Shown here piece after piece: positions 49,849-64,000 of a stretch of 64,000 bases of DNA; the stretch's first letter is position 1, and each line of letters begins with the position of its first letter. The DNA is taken from positions 2,480,001-2,544,000 of the forward strand of contig CM038999.1 in assembly GCA_017499595.2 (NCBI GenBank), read 5' to 3'. The notes beneath the pieces are model-generated. The model searched no databases. It was not told the DNA's origin and was given only the letters and a program-made list of their open reading frames with translations. Source of the stretch: Psilocybe cubensis (lineage: Eukaryota). The position numbers were made by a program, and so were the translations under genes.

Positions 49849-52800
49849 ATGTCTGCTTCGAATTTGCGGGACTCATGGAGTAGGTCAAACCCTTACGAAC
49901 TCCAGGTCTCTGACATCCTTTCAGACGGAGATACATCATCTGAAGTTGATGATATAGGACCAGGGGGTGACTACTCTGCTCGTATGGCAGAACTTTTTGA
50001 GGGGGTGGATCCAGAATCAATTGCTCATAAAGGAGAAGATGATGATGATGAGGACGAAGAATTTCTATACGAAGGGGTGGATTCTTCTGCAGTGGGTGGA
50101 TATGACGAACAGTTGAGAGAAGTCTTGGGAGAAGATTCGGATGAAGAGGGTGAAACTGGTACAATGCGAACCGGGCCAATTGGAATTTCCTCTCCACCAT
50201 TCTCTCAGGACGAAAATGCGGTGAGTAAAGATGAATAATTACTGCTGTAATTCAAACGTTAATGAAATACACCTCCAAGCAGCGACCTACCTTGGGAAAT
50301 GACCATTCACCTACAGAGTCCTTGAATGGAAATTTAACTCCAGAACTAGGAGAACCATCATCCGCTGGTTTAAATGTATCAGATTTCAAACTTGCTAGGC
50401 CTTTTCTACATCCGACCGTCTCTCGACTTCGATCTTACACCCCTCAACTCACAAATCTAAGATCCAATGATAGTTCTGCCACTTCACATTCTCACCTTTA
50501 TGAAGGCGTGTCTCCTTCACCGTCTCATTTTTCTTCCCTCTCGCGCATATCATCTGTGTCCAATGCTCGGTCTGTATCTTCCACCAATGACAAAGATGCC
50601 GAAATCAATACTGTTCACAAGACACGTCGAGTATTCAAGTGGACAGACCTACACATTATAACACGCACTATGTTCTCGAAGGCATCACAGAAGGCATCGC
50701 ATGTTCTTGGTGCCCCTCTCCTTGGTTTCCCGACCACGTTGGCTGCAAACGGGTTGGTTTGCATAGGTACAACTGAAGGCAAGGTTGTTGTTCATGACTT
50801 CAGCCAATCTTTGATATGCGTTTGTGAGAGCAAAACCTTAGGTTAGATATATGTCTTCAGATGTCTTTCCATAATCTAACCTAACATTATGCTCTAGGAT
50901 CCGCTCTAGGGCCAGTCACCGCCATCGCACTGTCTCATGATCAAACATTTGTTGCCTCTGGCCATGCATCAGGCTACATTCAGTTATACAACCTCAAACA
51001 ACCACACAACCCTGTTAGATCAGTACCTCCAACCACCTTAATAGCAGTTTCTTCAGGGCGTAAAGAAGGGCATATACAAGGATCACGGATAGTGAGCGTT
51101 GGGTTCATTGCAGGACGACATACTGCGTTGGTATCCGCTGACGAACATGGTCTTTCTTTTTTCCACTCTCTTGGAAAGATTCTGTTCGTAGAAGCATCCG
51201 ATATTCTTCGAATTCTTGGTAGGTACCCTGAATCAATTGTTCCAGCATCCTCCGCGACACAGTCAAAGCTACAAAACATGACGACTTCTGTTCCTACATT
51301 CTTTCCCCGGGAAGATTCGCAAGGCAGGCGAAAAAGTCGACACACTGTGCTGGCCATGAGCCCCCTTCCACTAGGCAGCGTTCCGTACTCAACCGACAGT
51401 CACTATGTAGTGGCTCTTCTTACTCCTACAAAGCTCGTCGTTGTCGGTCTCAAACCTACTCCCAGAACATGGTTCAAGTGTCCTAGAGAACCTGAAGAAG
51501 GCGGGCAATGGAAATCGAAATCAAAATGGGTAGGTACTCTGGCCTGGTATCCAAGTATTTTACGACCTGGATATGCCGGAGAAGAGGCCCCCAATAATAT
51601 GGCCGACTCGTCGACAGCTCCGATGCTCGTATACTCTTGGGGTTCATCTATGCACTTGATCAAAGTGTATGAACGCCAGATCAAGCAAACTGTCAATAAC
51701 TCGAAGACTGGAAAGAACAATGAAATTGAAATTGGTGCAATCACCTATGAACAAACTAGGAAATGGAATGCCCATGAAGATATCCTTGCTCTCCAATGGC
51801 TTAATCACAACGTGGGCTTAATCACTTTGTCTCGTGATTATTGAATTAATTGATTCCAAATCACTAGCAAGTAGTCGTGATTACCCATAACAACCTTGGA
51901 ATATACGATATAAAACTTTCTCGACTTGTTGAACAGGCTGCTTTTAATAGTCTCACCCTGGTCTCGCCACGAACTCATGGGGATGATGACCCAGGGCAGG
52001 AGTCTCATATCGTTTCTCATAGCATTCGGGTATACAAAGGGAAGATATTTGTATTGGTACGTTCTATCATTCCTTAAATACACTCGTATGAATGGTTCTA
52101 TCCTCAAACACAGAAAAAAGATCGGTTAATGGTTGGCACACTGCTGACTTGGGCAGATTTAATCCTTTCCTTGGTGGAAAATGGTGATTTTCTTCAGGCT
52201 ATTGATTTAGCACGTTCATACTATACCGGAGAAGCGCCTGGAAATCGAAACAACCTTCCTGACGACGACGCAGAAAGAAAGGTAGTGGTTGGAGAGAAGT
52301 TGAGAAGCCTTATGGACGCATCAGCTCAATACGCCTTCTCTGAGGACCGAATGACCGACAATACACATTCCACGCCGGACAATCGAGGAGTCGATCGGAC
52401 TTCCGTGTTTGAAGGTCTTGTTAGTGTATGCTGTAGGGCATCTGTCGCTCTCGGTGACTTTGAATATCTGTTTGAAGATCTCTTCCAAAAGTACGATGAT
52501 TCAGGAATTGCCTCGATTTATCTGCGCCAACTGGAGCCATTTATTCTGGGCAACCAAATTCGTTATGTTCCACCTCGGATCACTCAACGTTTGGTCGCTC
52601 TACACCAACAAGATGGTCGACCAGAATACGTGGAACGCATCATCTGGCACATGGATCCATCTTGCCTTGACCTCAATCAAGCCATTCATCTCTGCCAACG
52701 TTTTCATCTTTATGATGCTTTGATTTTTATCTACACCAGCGCAATGCGCGACTACGTTGCGCCTGTTGTCGAACTTCTCGGTCTGATCCGCAAAGTTCAG

Positions 52801-54813
52801 CAGTTCAGGAAATTGAAGAGTGACTTACTTATCAAGACGGGGTCTGTTTTAGACGCAAATTCCTCTATGGAGTCAACTATTATCAACGCATACAAAATAT
52901 ACCCATATCTATCGAATGTTTTATCCGGACTCACATACCCCAGCGAGGAACCTCTCAACGGGGAAGACGCGTACAAGGCCAAACGAGATATCTACAACTT
53001 TGTGTTTTTTGGACGATCGAGTGTGTGGCCGCCTGGTGATGGTGGAATGCTGGTGCTGACATCTAATGAAGAGGGTGGAATCGAACCCACGTACCCTTAT
53101 GCTCGACAACTGCTACTTTTCGATTCAGAATCTTTCTTACACTCCCTCGATATCGCATTTGAAGACGCATACCTCAATGACGAATCTCAGACAATAAATC
53201 GCTCAATCATCGTTAGAATTATCCTCGAAATCGTGGCATCCGGCCAATTGCCTCAAGAGGATATAACCATGGTCAACATATTTATTGCTCGCAATGTGCC
53301 AAAATATCCACAATTCCTTCACATCACCTCAAGCTCATTACACAGCGTTTTAATCGGACTCGCTGCGGACCTAGATCCAAAAACTCGAGAAGATCGTCAG
53401 CTAGCTGCTGAATACCTTCTCTCGGCCTATAATCCTCATGACAGTGAACGTATTGCCGCACTGTTTGAACGTGCAGGTTTCTTTAGGATACTCCGGACAT
53501 GGCATTATCATGAAAAACGTTGGACCAAATTGCTATCCACTTACATCGATGATCCTGATATCAGCTCCAGAGAGTTGATAGGCCAGATTGCGACCGTAAT
53601 TACTGATGCATCTAAAGCGCAAAAAGGCCACATATCTGATGATCTTGTAGTGATTGTCTCAAAGTCTCTTCCCAGATTATTGCGTGTTGATATACCGGGT
53701 ACCGCTCGCATGATTGATACATTTATCCCAGACCTACATCAAAAGGCGCTGGAATCATTCGGAGGTCAAGCGAATGCTGACCACAGCCGCTATGAATACC
53801 TACGCAGTGTACTATTCGATCAGTCAAACGAAGAAGATGTCGGCGACGTACGTCTTCGAAGATCTTCCGAACACCTTCCAACTGGACTTCACCAAACATT
53901 TTTTGACTTAGAATGTCAGTTCCATCCTACAGAAGTTATCCCATCCCTACAAGCACTATCTCTTGATAACTTACACCTTGATGAAATTTTGGAGACTTGT
54001 GAAATTCATCAAGTATATGATGCAGTCATATGGGCTACCAACTGGCAGGGCCGTCCTCAAAAGGCTTTGTCCAAGGCCGAGACGTTCCAAACTAGAATAA
54101 TGCATACCCTTCTAACCGACTTGAAAGGCAATGCCGACTCCGCATATATCGATCAGGAATTAAGCTCACTACAGGCTATTGCCAACGTCTGCAAGGATAT
54201 CTGTATGGAGCACTCGCAGTATTCATCTTCTGACGTGCCCCTCGAAGATATGTGGTTCGAATTGTTAAACAGCGAGATACGATGTGTACAGACAATTTCT
54301 AGTTCGGCTCATCTTCTGCTCTCCAAATGCTCAACCAATGAACCGTCCGACCATCTGCATGGAAATGTGGAGAAAATAATGACATCCTTACGCACCCTTG
54401 TTCAAGCAACCTTCAGTTCGCTCGTCTCGATCACATCCACCAGCGCAGTCTCTTTTCCTCGACTGTTCAAACGATTAGTGAATGCCACCCCATCGTCATC
54501 GGGCGCTCACTACACTGAGTTCCGGATGATTCTTCTTGGAATGTTGGAGTCTTATAGGTCCGATGAAGATCTCCTGTTAATGCTTAAGCATCTCATAGAT
54601 AGAGATCTCTTTGATACTATAGAACGTGTAACGCGCGAACGGGCATGTGGTTGGGCCGCGGTGCAAGCCATATGCCAATTTTGTCGGCAACCATTCGGCC
54701 AGATGCAAGGTTCAGGTTCGATGGTCATTGCCTCCAAACCAATAACTATTTCTCGGACCGGTATTATCTTCCATGAAGGTTGCAAACCTACTCCCGATGT
54801 GGTTCATATCTAG
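49849..54813 (+). CDS. VPS8: CORVET subunit Vps8
   Basis: WD40-like N-terminal part, VGTLLTWAD, LEPFIL...VPP, clathrin-like repeat, reduced C-terminal RING. Confidence 0.9.
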
Positions 54814-54886
54814 TATCCTATAATACATGAAAAACTGTAATTTTATATGGTGATGAAGTCACCTCTGGCGATCCCAGCGAGATTCT

Positions 54887-57800
54887 TCATATATCCGAAG
54901 CATACACCATTTCTTTTAAAGCTAAGAAGTGCTTGTTTGTACCCACTTCAACACTCAAGGATTCTCCATCCTTTCCGAACGCTTCTACATCGAGTATCAT
55001 CTGTGTGCGGATCCGTTCTTCGTCTTTGGCTTCATCATTAAGATTGGGGGCATTTCCAAAGAGGGAAAATGTTGATTTCTTCCCCTTCTTGAGTTTCTTC
55101 AAGCCCTCCTCTGTCTTCTTCATTGCCATTAGATAACCGATATATCTGTCTACTGGTAAGGGGATAAAACAAGCGGTATTTGGAACATAGGCTCACTTTT
55201 GTGTAACATTGTCAAAAATCTCGCTTGAAATTTCCTTCAAGAAAGAGTCTTTAAGCGGACTTCCAGGACCGTCAGCAACTCCAATTGCAAAATAATGTTT
55301 GATTGGGCGAAGTACTGTACCCATGAAATAACTGGGCTCTGCTGGCATACGTTTATTGGACATGGCTCTGAATTGCGATGGTATACTTCTGACATGAAGC
55401 AACCCTTCACAACAGCGTTTGGTCAGAATGGTGACGATATCCTTGCAAGTGGACGGAATGATCGAAGTAAGCTGGGAGATACTTTCTTGCAGAGCACCTA
55501 ACGAGTAAAGAAATAAATAATCGACCCTTATTGAACCTATGGACGGACTTGATGGAATGGACGTACTTTCCATCTCTAAACTCTCTTCAACGGAAGCGTC
55601 TGGTATTATAACACTGATAGTTTGACGCCACAGTATTCCAACATTTGTTTCCATGGTTTTGATGTCAATAATGGCGGCTGAGCAACGTTGGAGGAAAACG
55701 TCATCTGACGCCGTCGCATCTGTTACAGGTTCTAGAGGATGCGTCCCCCGTGTTTGATTCTGCGATACGGTACCCTGTATGTACTTTGCCGTTACATAAA
55801 TGACATCACGAAAGTGAATAAGCCTACCTGTTCATTGACCTCAGAGCTGGATATATGTGTCTTTATCCAGCTGCAGTACCTAGATAGAATCTACTAGGGA
55901 TTAAGTGGAAAAATTGTAAATCAAGATAAACTTACTGACCTGCAACGTCAATCTCCAAAAACGATGCGAAAGCTCTGGAATATATATTTCTGAGCTCCAA
56001 CACGCCGTCATAGACATCCATGCTGCAGACCCTTGTGGCATGATGTAAGAACCACCTGAACCAGAACAATCAAATGTAGAAATTGAATAATAAGTTTTTG
56101 TGTGCTCGGGAACAATACCTTTTCGGGTCGTTTGAACCACTGTTTCTGCTGCAAAAGTGTCCTCAAGAGCGCCAACAATTTCTTTCCATCTCAGCTGAAA
56201 GTATACAGGAAGCTGCCAACGGCGTTCGAAGGCCAAATACAATGGGTGCTGGCGCATTGCCCGCACAGCCTCGATAGACGGCGCAAGATGCTCAAGGGAG
56301 CGAATGAATGCTTGTGTTGTTTCGTAGTGCTGGGTGATTAGTTAATGAAATTATAAGGAGCAAGGAAAAGTGCGAAGGCGATGGCACCTTGTGGAACTCA
56401 TTTGCTCTTCCGGCAGCAAACACGACAGTCCCAAGGTCACTCATAATTGACTGAGCTATTTCGGCCCAAATGACATTCGCCATGATTTGAAACTCGTCAT
56501 TATCAATGCACCTTGAGGTTTCGGACAGCAATGATGTTCTCAATGTTGACCTTGAAGAACCTGACTTCATAGAAACCTTCTCTGAAGTGACCATGATACG
56601 ACTGATATCGCGTTCGACGAATCGAAGTATCCGGTTCAATAGACGTGTCAAGGGATCGTCAGTATTTTCCAGAAGCTGAGCTTGGGGCATTTCAGTAGAT
56701 GCATCCATAGAATAGTATAAGTTCGTTCTGGGGACGAAAGCGGTGAAAGGGGTGTACGGTATTTGGTGGGTTGATAGTGTAGATGTCATGGGGGGGGCAC
56801 TTGCACCTGAAGAATGAAAAGGAGTACGGGGTACTATTGGAGAGTGTGATTCCGCTAATGCACCTGGGTAAATGGTCTGGGGAAATCATATTAGCATCCT
56901 GACTTGTAGTTTCAGACTGCAATTTACTTTTTTCACAAAAGGTCGTACCACTTCGCGTCTGATAACGTCCTCAGCATCTCTCCAAAGGCCTAGTGCATCA
57001 TATGTTTTAAGACATTCAGTTAGGTCTGCCATCCATTTATTTTTTTCCAGATCTGATACTTTGTAGTCGGACTTTGAGTTGGTAATTAACGCAAGGGTAT
57101 GAGCAAATAGTTGGTCGAGATCGGATGATAGCGTCGCATGTATCCTGTCAATACGCTGGAGGATATGAGATAAAGAAAATGAAGACGATCAGATTTATGC
57201 AAACCCATTGAATCTCCCTAGTAAATGCACACTCTTCATCTTGTGCTTTCCTCACATAGTATAAAAGCTGTGTGTATTCTGCTGAAACTCGTCCTAAATG
57301 TTTGGCACGATTTCCCCGAAGTCTGGATATGATTGTGAATTTGGTATGTCGCGTACTTGGAGGGACACAGAGCTCACTTTTCGTCACTATGATCCTCGCT
57401 ATGACTGGGGAAGATAAGAAATTTTGCGTTGTTCATCTCCATCGACTCTTTAGAAATTTGATCCGGGGAAGAAATCAGCAACAACGACTCCAATCTCAAC
57501 ACAGACTCAGAGATTTTCAGAAGAAGATGGAGCAAGGCCTATGGACGCAATTGAGCTGCCGCATACAATGTTTGACGTGAACCTTACTTTCTCCTCACGA
57601 AGTCTAGCGCGCTTCGTAAGCTTGTCGTGTATATCATTTTGAATAGCTTGTAGAGCTGTTTTGGATTCCTGTTTGTCCAATTCAATATCGGAGAACTGGG
57701 ATGATGTCAAAGTGGGGACTCACCAGGGCGCTTCCTTTCAAACTCTCTAGAGGATATTTCAACCTTTCCAATCGAGCACCTTCGTCGCGTAAATCGGTAC

Positions 57801-58137
57801 TCAAGCTTATAAAAGCCTCGTAGTCATCGTTTATAAGCTTGACCAGTTCCTCTTTCAATTTAGCAAGATATTGGCGAAGCTCCGTGCGTAGATCAGGCAG
57901 TGAAATGTGAGCTCGGGAAAGAAGAAATTGTTCGACATTAAAGTCTTTTGCACTTAAGAACTGATCATTATGTGACAGCGGAACATGTTCAGGAAGTTCA
58001 AGGGTGGAGTTTATTTCTCCTGACAGTCGAAGAGGGGCGGGGTGTGTGGATTCTCGAGTGGCCAATTCATCGGCCAGGCGGTCTAGTCGAAATGGGTCGC
58101 GAAAAGAGAGATCAGTGTCGCTGTTGGTAGACATCAT
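54887..58137 (-). CDS. COG2: Conserved oligomeric Golgi complex subunit 2
   Basis: LVKLINDDYEAFISLSTDL, VFAAGRANEFH, RWQLPVYFQLR, SHRFWRLTLQ, DEERIRTQMILDV. Confidence 0.92.
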
Positions 58138-58865
58138 GCAAATGTACTTCGTGCGGCCAGATAATCCGAACAAGCTACGCCCTACAAATTATGATGGAAA
58201 GAGAAGATATTTATAAACTCGTTTTATTTGCTCGTCATACATAATCCTTGGCAATAATCAACGACCCTAAGGGGCAAATTGTCTGAATGAATGTACATGT
58301 CCCAGAGAACCAATAGTGGACCACACAAGTAGCTGTGATGTTCGACGACTACTATAATATTAGGTGGGTGGGTGGGGGAGTTTATGGAAGTGAAACCGAA
58401 CTGACTGGCGCCGGTATTGAAATTTAATTACTATTTCGGAGAAAACTCAACTTCAACTTGCATACTGACGGCAGACGAATTTGTTTGTAAAAATCATTCC
58501 GACTGAACATACTTTAAAATATGCCCATTGGATTGCAGGGTATGCACGTATTTAGAAGTGGAAGATACAAGCGAAAATAAATCGGACAAACACAGGATTT
58601 AAAAGTGTATACCTGTATCTGTCACACACGCGTAGTCCCAACTAGTGTGAGGAAGGTGGACCTTGAGATAGACATGTCAGTGGCCCTCAGCGGGACTGAG
58701 CTGGGACAAAAATGGTTCAAACAGGCTTAAGAGAGCCAACAGTTTTGAATAGTTTCAAAGACGAAGTGGGCCTACTCTCGGAAAATTGTAATACAAAGTC
58801 AAAAAGGGCGCGCATTGGTTCGATAGGGTATAATAGTATCATCAACCAGACATTCATTTTGTCAA

Positions 58866-61022
58866 TTAGACATGATCCGCATCAGGTAAATTGGCCAGTG
58901 AGCGGTCTTCTAAAGCAGGGCCACTTCTATGCATGGATGTCACTTCTGGAGTATATCCAATTTCTCGGTCATTTGTGGCACTTACATGGATGGTCTTTCT
59001 ATACTAGGTGATTTGTGGCCATCTAACAAAAAGGCACTGTTGAAAGAGGGCCTTTTTGCAGGAATCGAATATGAGGCCGTGTGTTTGGTCAAATGAATGA
59101 AGTACATCAGTGAAAATATGATTTCCCTTGCGAAATCGGCTGCTCGAGATGGTGAGCTGATATTCAACAATTTGAAGCCAAATATCCATACAATAATTAA
59201 CACTGTTAAAATAAGGAATATGCTTCAAAAGCCTATAAAATCAAAGCAACTTATATTCAGACGCACCTATCCCATAACGGTTGCCATATACTGGTTGCAC
59301 GAGTACCAAGCGATTGCTTATATTCTCTGGAAGGGTAGGCCCACCACATAAATAGTGCAAAAAAAATCATCTAGTATGGTGTCAAATGTTGGTTCTGCCG
59401 CGATTGCCTACATATTACCAAAGAAAGCACACCTCAATGCAGATAGCAAGAGCATTCAGCCCATTTGCAATATTAGTCGAAGTCCAAAAATTGGTTCCTA
59501 TAGAGTAGGTGAAGAGTGCCCGATCCCTTCGGAAGAAATGCATCTGTACCGTGTATAACTCTGTTCTGCAACGCACTAAACTATGTATTTGAAGTTTTGT
59601 TAGATAAATATGATCTCAATATCTTCACCAGACATTACGAAGTGTGACATACCACAAACGATTGATACCATGTGAACATAACAATCAGTTTGATGCATAG
59701 GAATTTGGCTAGCGGTTTCTTCCCAACCAAATCGTCTTTCGTCAAAGCATAAAATAGGAGTAGACCATAAAGGGCGACACTGTGCATCAAAGTCAGAACA
59801 TTGAAATTCTATGTTGACTAAAAGCTTCGAACCTGATGCTGGCAAGATCGACCACCTCCAAATAAACGTTGGCGAAGTGACTATTGAACCCTTCGGATTC
59901 ACATAGAACTCCTTTGGCCTGACAAATCATTCCAATCACAGAGATGGCTTAAAGACATGGTTAATACGTTCAACGAAATGTACAAAGAGAAGCTAACCTG
60001 GTCGGACAATAACATATTGCAATACAGACCACTACATGTAGTAGTAGATATAGTAAATGATTAGGGGGGCAGATCATTGACAAGGAAGAATATAGACCTT
60101 GATAGTGTGCATAAAATAAGGCTTGTAGTGTGTCAAATCAACAGTATATGATCCTGATAATTATGGTGGAAAATGCTAACTTTTGTAGGACGATACCTCC
60201 AAAAGCAAAACTAGACCAATCGTGGAATAAGATCAGTTGTTCTCCGGGTCGACATACTGACGAACTCACCGGGAACAAAAGATTTTTCTTTTCCTTTCCT
60301 ACCATGACGTTGTTTTGCACAGAAGACTTGTCGGCGACAAATTCTATTAAGAGAAGCCTGATAGAAAGAGGTTTGTTGGAAGTTGATAAGAAGTTCAATT
60401 TGAAGGCTCACAAAAAAGCACTGAGTGTGACGGCCTACAGTGGTGAACATGATTCAGATGGGATTCCCGTTTACAATGATAAGATACCTCGTAAACTACA
60501 ATCCCACTGGATTATCAGAAAGTAAGATCCGTCCTAAATTGGTTTATGCGCACCGACTTCGACGAAAGAATAATACGTATAGTCCCTGAAAAAGCGATAT
60601 GACAAAAAGGATATGACTGCATAAACCGGGGGCATATATAGAATTCTGATTCTATAGACCCGGAGACAATGTTTGAGGTATCACTGCTTGGCAGAATATG
60701 GATAACCTACATTTGGCGCTGGTGCTTTGGGTTGGTATAGCTTCTGTGTATTCGATGAAAAGGCAGTATGGGATGCAATTGTGACTGCTTCACACACCGA
60801 CAATGTGATAAAACGGAGAGAACAGAGATAACCAAGGTCTGGATAATGGGTTAGCCCTACTTCGGTGAAACGGTTCATTGATATATATAAGTGTCGTACA
60901 GCAACAGTGCATGCACCAGCGATTGCCCATCCAATACGATGAGAATCCCAATGCAAAGAGCCAGAGCTCCAGAAAGAGGATTGATCTACGTCAGCAGTGT
61001 TATCCGAAGGGCACGTTTTCAT
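58866..61022 (-). CDS. Organic solute transporter Ostalpha / TMEM184 family protein, 17-18 exons
   Basis: Spliced: QRQI|IRILYMPPVYA, V|YE|AVTLSAF, WSVLQYVIVRP, KFLCIKLIVMFTWYQ, LAICIE|MIFFA; 3' end uncertain (58982 if the last intron is not real). Confidence 0.9.
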
Positions 61023-61534
61023 GTCGTCGAGGCAGCAGGAGTAGGATCCGGAGAAGGGTTGGGGTGTAATTGCAACATACAGCCATTCCGGAGACCGGAG
61101 GCTAAATTACTGGTATATTCTTAGAGTGGCCGGAAGTTCAGTTGCCAGCAGGTAGCTGCAGGCTGCGCAGTGCGTGCCGACAGACAGAATTTAGCATGTG
61201 TGTTGTGCAAAAGACATCAATACAGTAGTATGCCCCCACACTCGCATAGCCTTCGGGCATGAGTCTTTCGTCGATGTAAAGTGGCAAAACAATTGCCTGC
61301 AATGCAGCTGGCTCTATAAATATTTCAATGTCCGCCTATGGCGAGCGCCGTCACCTCAACCCGTGCAAGATTCGTGCTGTGTCCAGATGATTATGATGGT
61401 TGGTTCAGGGCATTTGTCTCTTGCCGCCCTTTCATTGACTGTAGGTTTATCCCCTTCAACATTTTTCTTCTCAGTTACTGATTCAACCTGTTTCTAGTTG
61501 TCGCTTGCACTTTCACCTCCGCTCACAAACCACG

Positions 61535-62591
61535 ATGCCTTTCAGCTATAGGCAGTTGTTCTTCGGTGGCAACACCTTTTGTTGCTGTTTGCCTGTGCGA
61601 TTGGGGGTTATATCCATGACTATCTTGAGCCTCTTACTTTCTGCTATTCTGGCGGTGATATTGTGGTTTGAACTGTCGTGTACGTTCATCTGCGCACGCG
61701 TCACTACAAGAATTGACCTGATTTCATCAGCGACTTCGGATATGACAAGCTCAGAGCGCGCTGCCTTTGTCGTTGCTGCTCTGATAGAAACCATTCTATT
61801 TGTTGCTTCAATTTTTGGGTGAGAGTTACTTTACCCCGCCATAGTTCCATCATTAAGCCACCCATCCAATAGACTAATTGGCGCAATTATCAAGAAGCAA
61901 CTTTTCACACAAATATACGCATATATCGTTTATGTTCACCTTTTTCTAAATCTCGTCGCCGCTGCATATCTTACTTTTGAAGTGTCCCGAACGACAAGCA
62001 ATGCTAAGAACCTGGCATGCCAAGTTGCCATCAAAGATCCTCAAGCACAAGATCAATGCACTGGCTTTCTCAATTTCGCTGCATGGGTGTACGCACTTAT
62101 AGCTATCACCATCATCTTCGTGGAACTATGTACAAACTTTTTGCCCTTTTATTGTTGCCTGTTCTCACTTAAATGATCTAGATGGGGCAGTTATTGTGAC
62201 TCGATATCTCAACCAACTCAAGCGGGAAAAGCGTTCTGCACGCGCAATGAGAATGGACACAGAAAGCGCTTTCCAATTAAAGAACCGTGGCACAACGGGC
62301 CATCTTTATACAAGGCTACCTGACCCTGCTCCCGAACATGAGCTACCCCCGCTGCAGACATACCGCCTTGAATCTTCTGATGTTGAATTCAACCCATATA
62401 TAGAAACTAGTATTCCCTCAAACTACCAACAAGGCATTGCACCAAGCCTGGCGGAGGCAGAATATGGTTCTTGGAATCGGGGTCAAATTACTCAAGAAGC
62501 AAAGGAATCCGCGAGGGAAGTAAAGGATCCTAATTCGTTGGTTTCATTATCCACCCAAGAACAAAACTTTACAACCCAAAAGAAACAATGA
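61535..62591 (+). CDS. Uncharacterised four-TM membrane protein
   Basis: FCCCLPVRLGV N-terminus, four hydrophobic segments, loop Cys pair, polar tail; spliced. Confidence 0.78.
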
Positions 62592-63143
62592 AGTGCTAGT
62601 TGACGACTGATGATGAGATACAGTTGCGGTTAGATTCCATCTTTTTCACGGACTCATTGCATACATAGTAGTCATGTATCATAATTGTTCCTTACACCCA
62701 TTCTTGCTATATAGTTGCGTCTCTGATCCGTTACGGCTTTGGCACTTGGAAACATTCATTTTGAACTGCTAAAAAGCAGGGGTGTGACAACACCATACAT
62801 GGAAGGGGCTATGTATGCCACACACCACCAAATATGACGTCCACGGTGCCATGGTAAATTAAATAATTCACTGTTTTTTACGTTCGTAGAGCCTGTCAAC
62901 TTTGGTTTAACACTTTCTACATAGTTCACTTGTCTAATATTTCGACTCGCTGCAGGGACCGGATTAGGTGAGTTAAATGATAGGGCTCAAACAACACCAT
63001 TCTATAACGCTCTGTTTCCTTCACAGAACGTGCAAGGTCGCAATACGTGGACCTCCTGAACTGAACGTCTCATCACCAGTAACTCTTCCAAAGTTCACGA
63101 TTACTAGACACTCTAGTGGACTGAAAGAATTATAACATAGGTG

Positions 63144-64000
63144 ATGAATAAACGGTTTCTTGCGCAAAGGCTACACATAGTCCACTCAGTGCGTTCAGGA
63201 AACTTTTGTGTGTCTGTACGCTAACCTGATGTTTCATTTTGATAGCTCCAAGCTCTGTTATTTCAACTGCAAACACTTTCATTTATTATTTCTCCTTCGA
63301 TTTGGGTTTATTTTCTTAGAGTTGTTATCCAGGCCCACTGCTCCAGACCAAAAGAAATATTTTTCAATGCACCATTGCCATACTTATACTGGCTAATGTT
63401 GGTCACAAATGCACCAATTTTCTGGAGTCATTTGAGACGCGGGCCATCTGAGGGCCGTACTATTGTCCTGGACTTTGTTGGCATGGGTGAGTGTAATTGA
63501 TCGCTATTCAATATGATAATGTCTGAAGAAACTGCCCCACCAGCATATCTTCCATCCAAACTTCAACTATTCTTGCTTGACTTGGTCATAATATCTATTC
63601 AGACTGTACTTCTCACCGTCGTATTCGAAACCTCGGTCTACCGTGATTCATCAGACCTCGAAGCACCTGATCTACTTTTGCCCGAGGACGTGCCATCATT
63701 ATCAATCCCCCTTTTCCAGTCGCCGGCAAATAACCGACCGTCCACCACACCCTTGACAGTTTCTCCCAAGTTGCCATCAGAATCTGGCACGGCTCATGGA
63801 CGTGATTTACCGTTAATACTAGACATCCGGTTCAGTTTCCTCCTTAACCAGCTTAGCCAACCAAATCTTGGGCTATCAATCTCGCCTCATCCAGATACTA
63901 ATAAGATTGGGCTCATCAGAAACCAGCACCCTTACGTAATCAATGGGCTTGGCGCCAAGAGCGGCCAAAATCCAGCTCGAAAAAAAAATCAAAAGTTATG
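63144..64000 (+). CDS. DUF1746 (Dsc4/Gld1-like) membrane protein, runs off window end
   Basis: Spliced: MNKRFLAQRLHIVHS|LQALLFQLQTLSF...GRTIVLDFVGM|AYLPSKLQLFLLDLVIISIQ; frame open to the window end. Confidence 0.75.

Noticed and set aside
58363..58378. GGTGGGTGGGTGGGGG as a G-quadruplex
   Set aside because: Only three full G3 tracts; a simple repeat
1..64000. CRISPR arrays, prokaryotic defence systems, transposons, rRNA, readthrough PTS1 extensions
   Set aside because: Eukaryotic intron-rich DNA with no repeat-spacer array, no transposase, RT or integrase motifs and no rRNA; the stop codons I inspected gave no TGA-CTA readthrough or SKL-type tail

Overview
This is eukaryotic DNA from an intron-rich fungus, most likely an agaricomycete basidiomycete (about 50-60 nt introns, many micro-exons, a BZW/5MP gene). 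I reconstructed about 27 protein-coding genes by hand splicing, so boundaries are approximate. In order: PTC1-like PP2C (partial), BZW/5MP, a Zn2Cys6 factor, MND1 (absent from the ORF track), a CYP512-like P450, an unknown protein, complex I PSST, a PASK-like kinase, a MAG1-like glycosylase, an unknown protein, a TDT/SLAC1 transporter, DBP10, QTRT1, EMP70/TM9SF, mitochondrial TyrRS, RPS23, a transglutaminase-like protein, CDS1, TOP1, complex I B12, ILV1, a CTI6-like PHD protein, VPS8, COG2, OSTalpha/TMEM184, a 4-TM protein and a DUF1746 protein (partial). It is mostly a compact housekeeping region with many head-to-head pairs. I found no supportable transposon, RNA gene, CRISPR array or biosynthetic cluster, and I cannot claim a new multi-gene system. 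The best leads are a decayed I9 (POIA1-like) protease-inhibitor gene, the hidden MND1 paired with an orphan P450, a poor-context BZW start codon suggesting autoregulation, catalytic motifs on micro-exons, and a hairpin-rich intergenic element near 6.1-6.4 kb.
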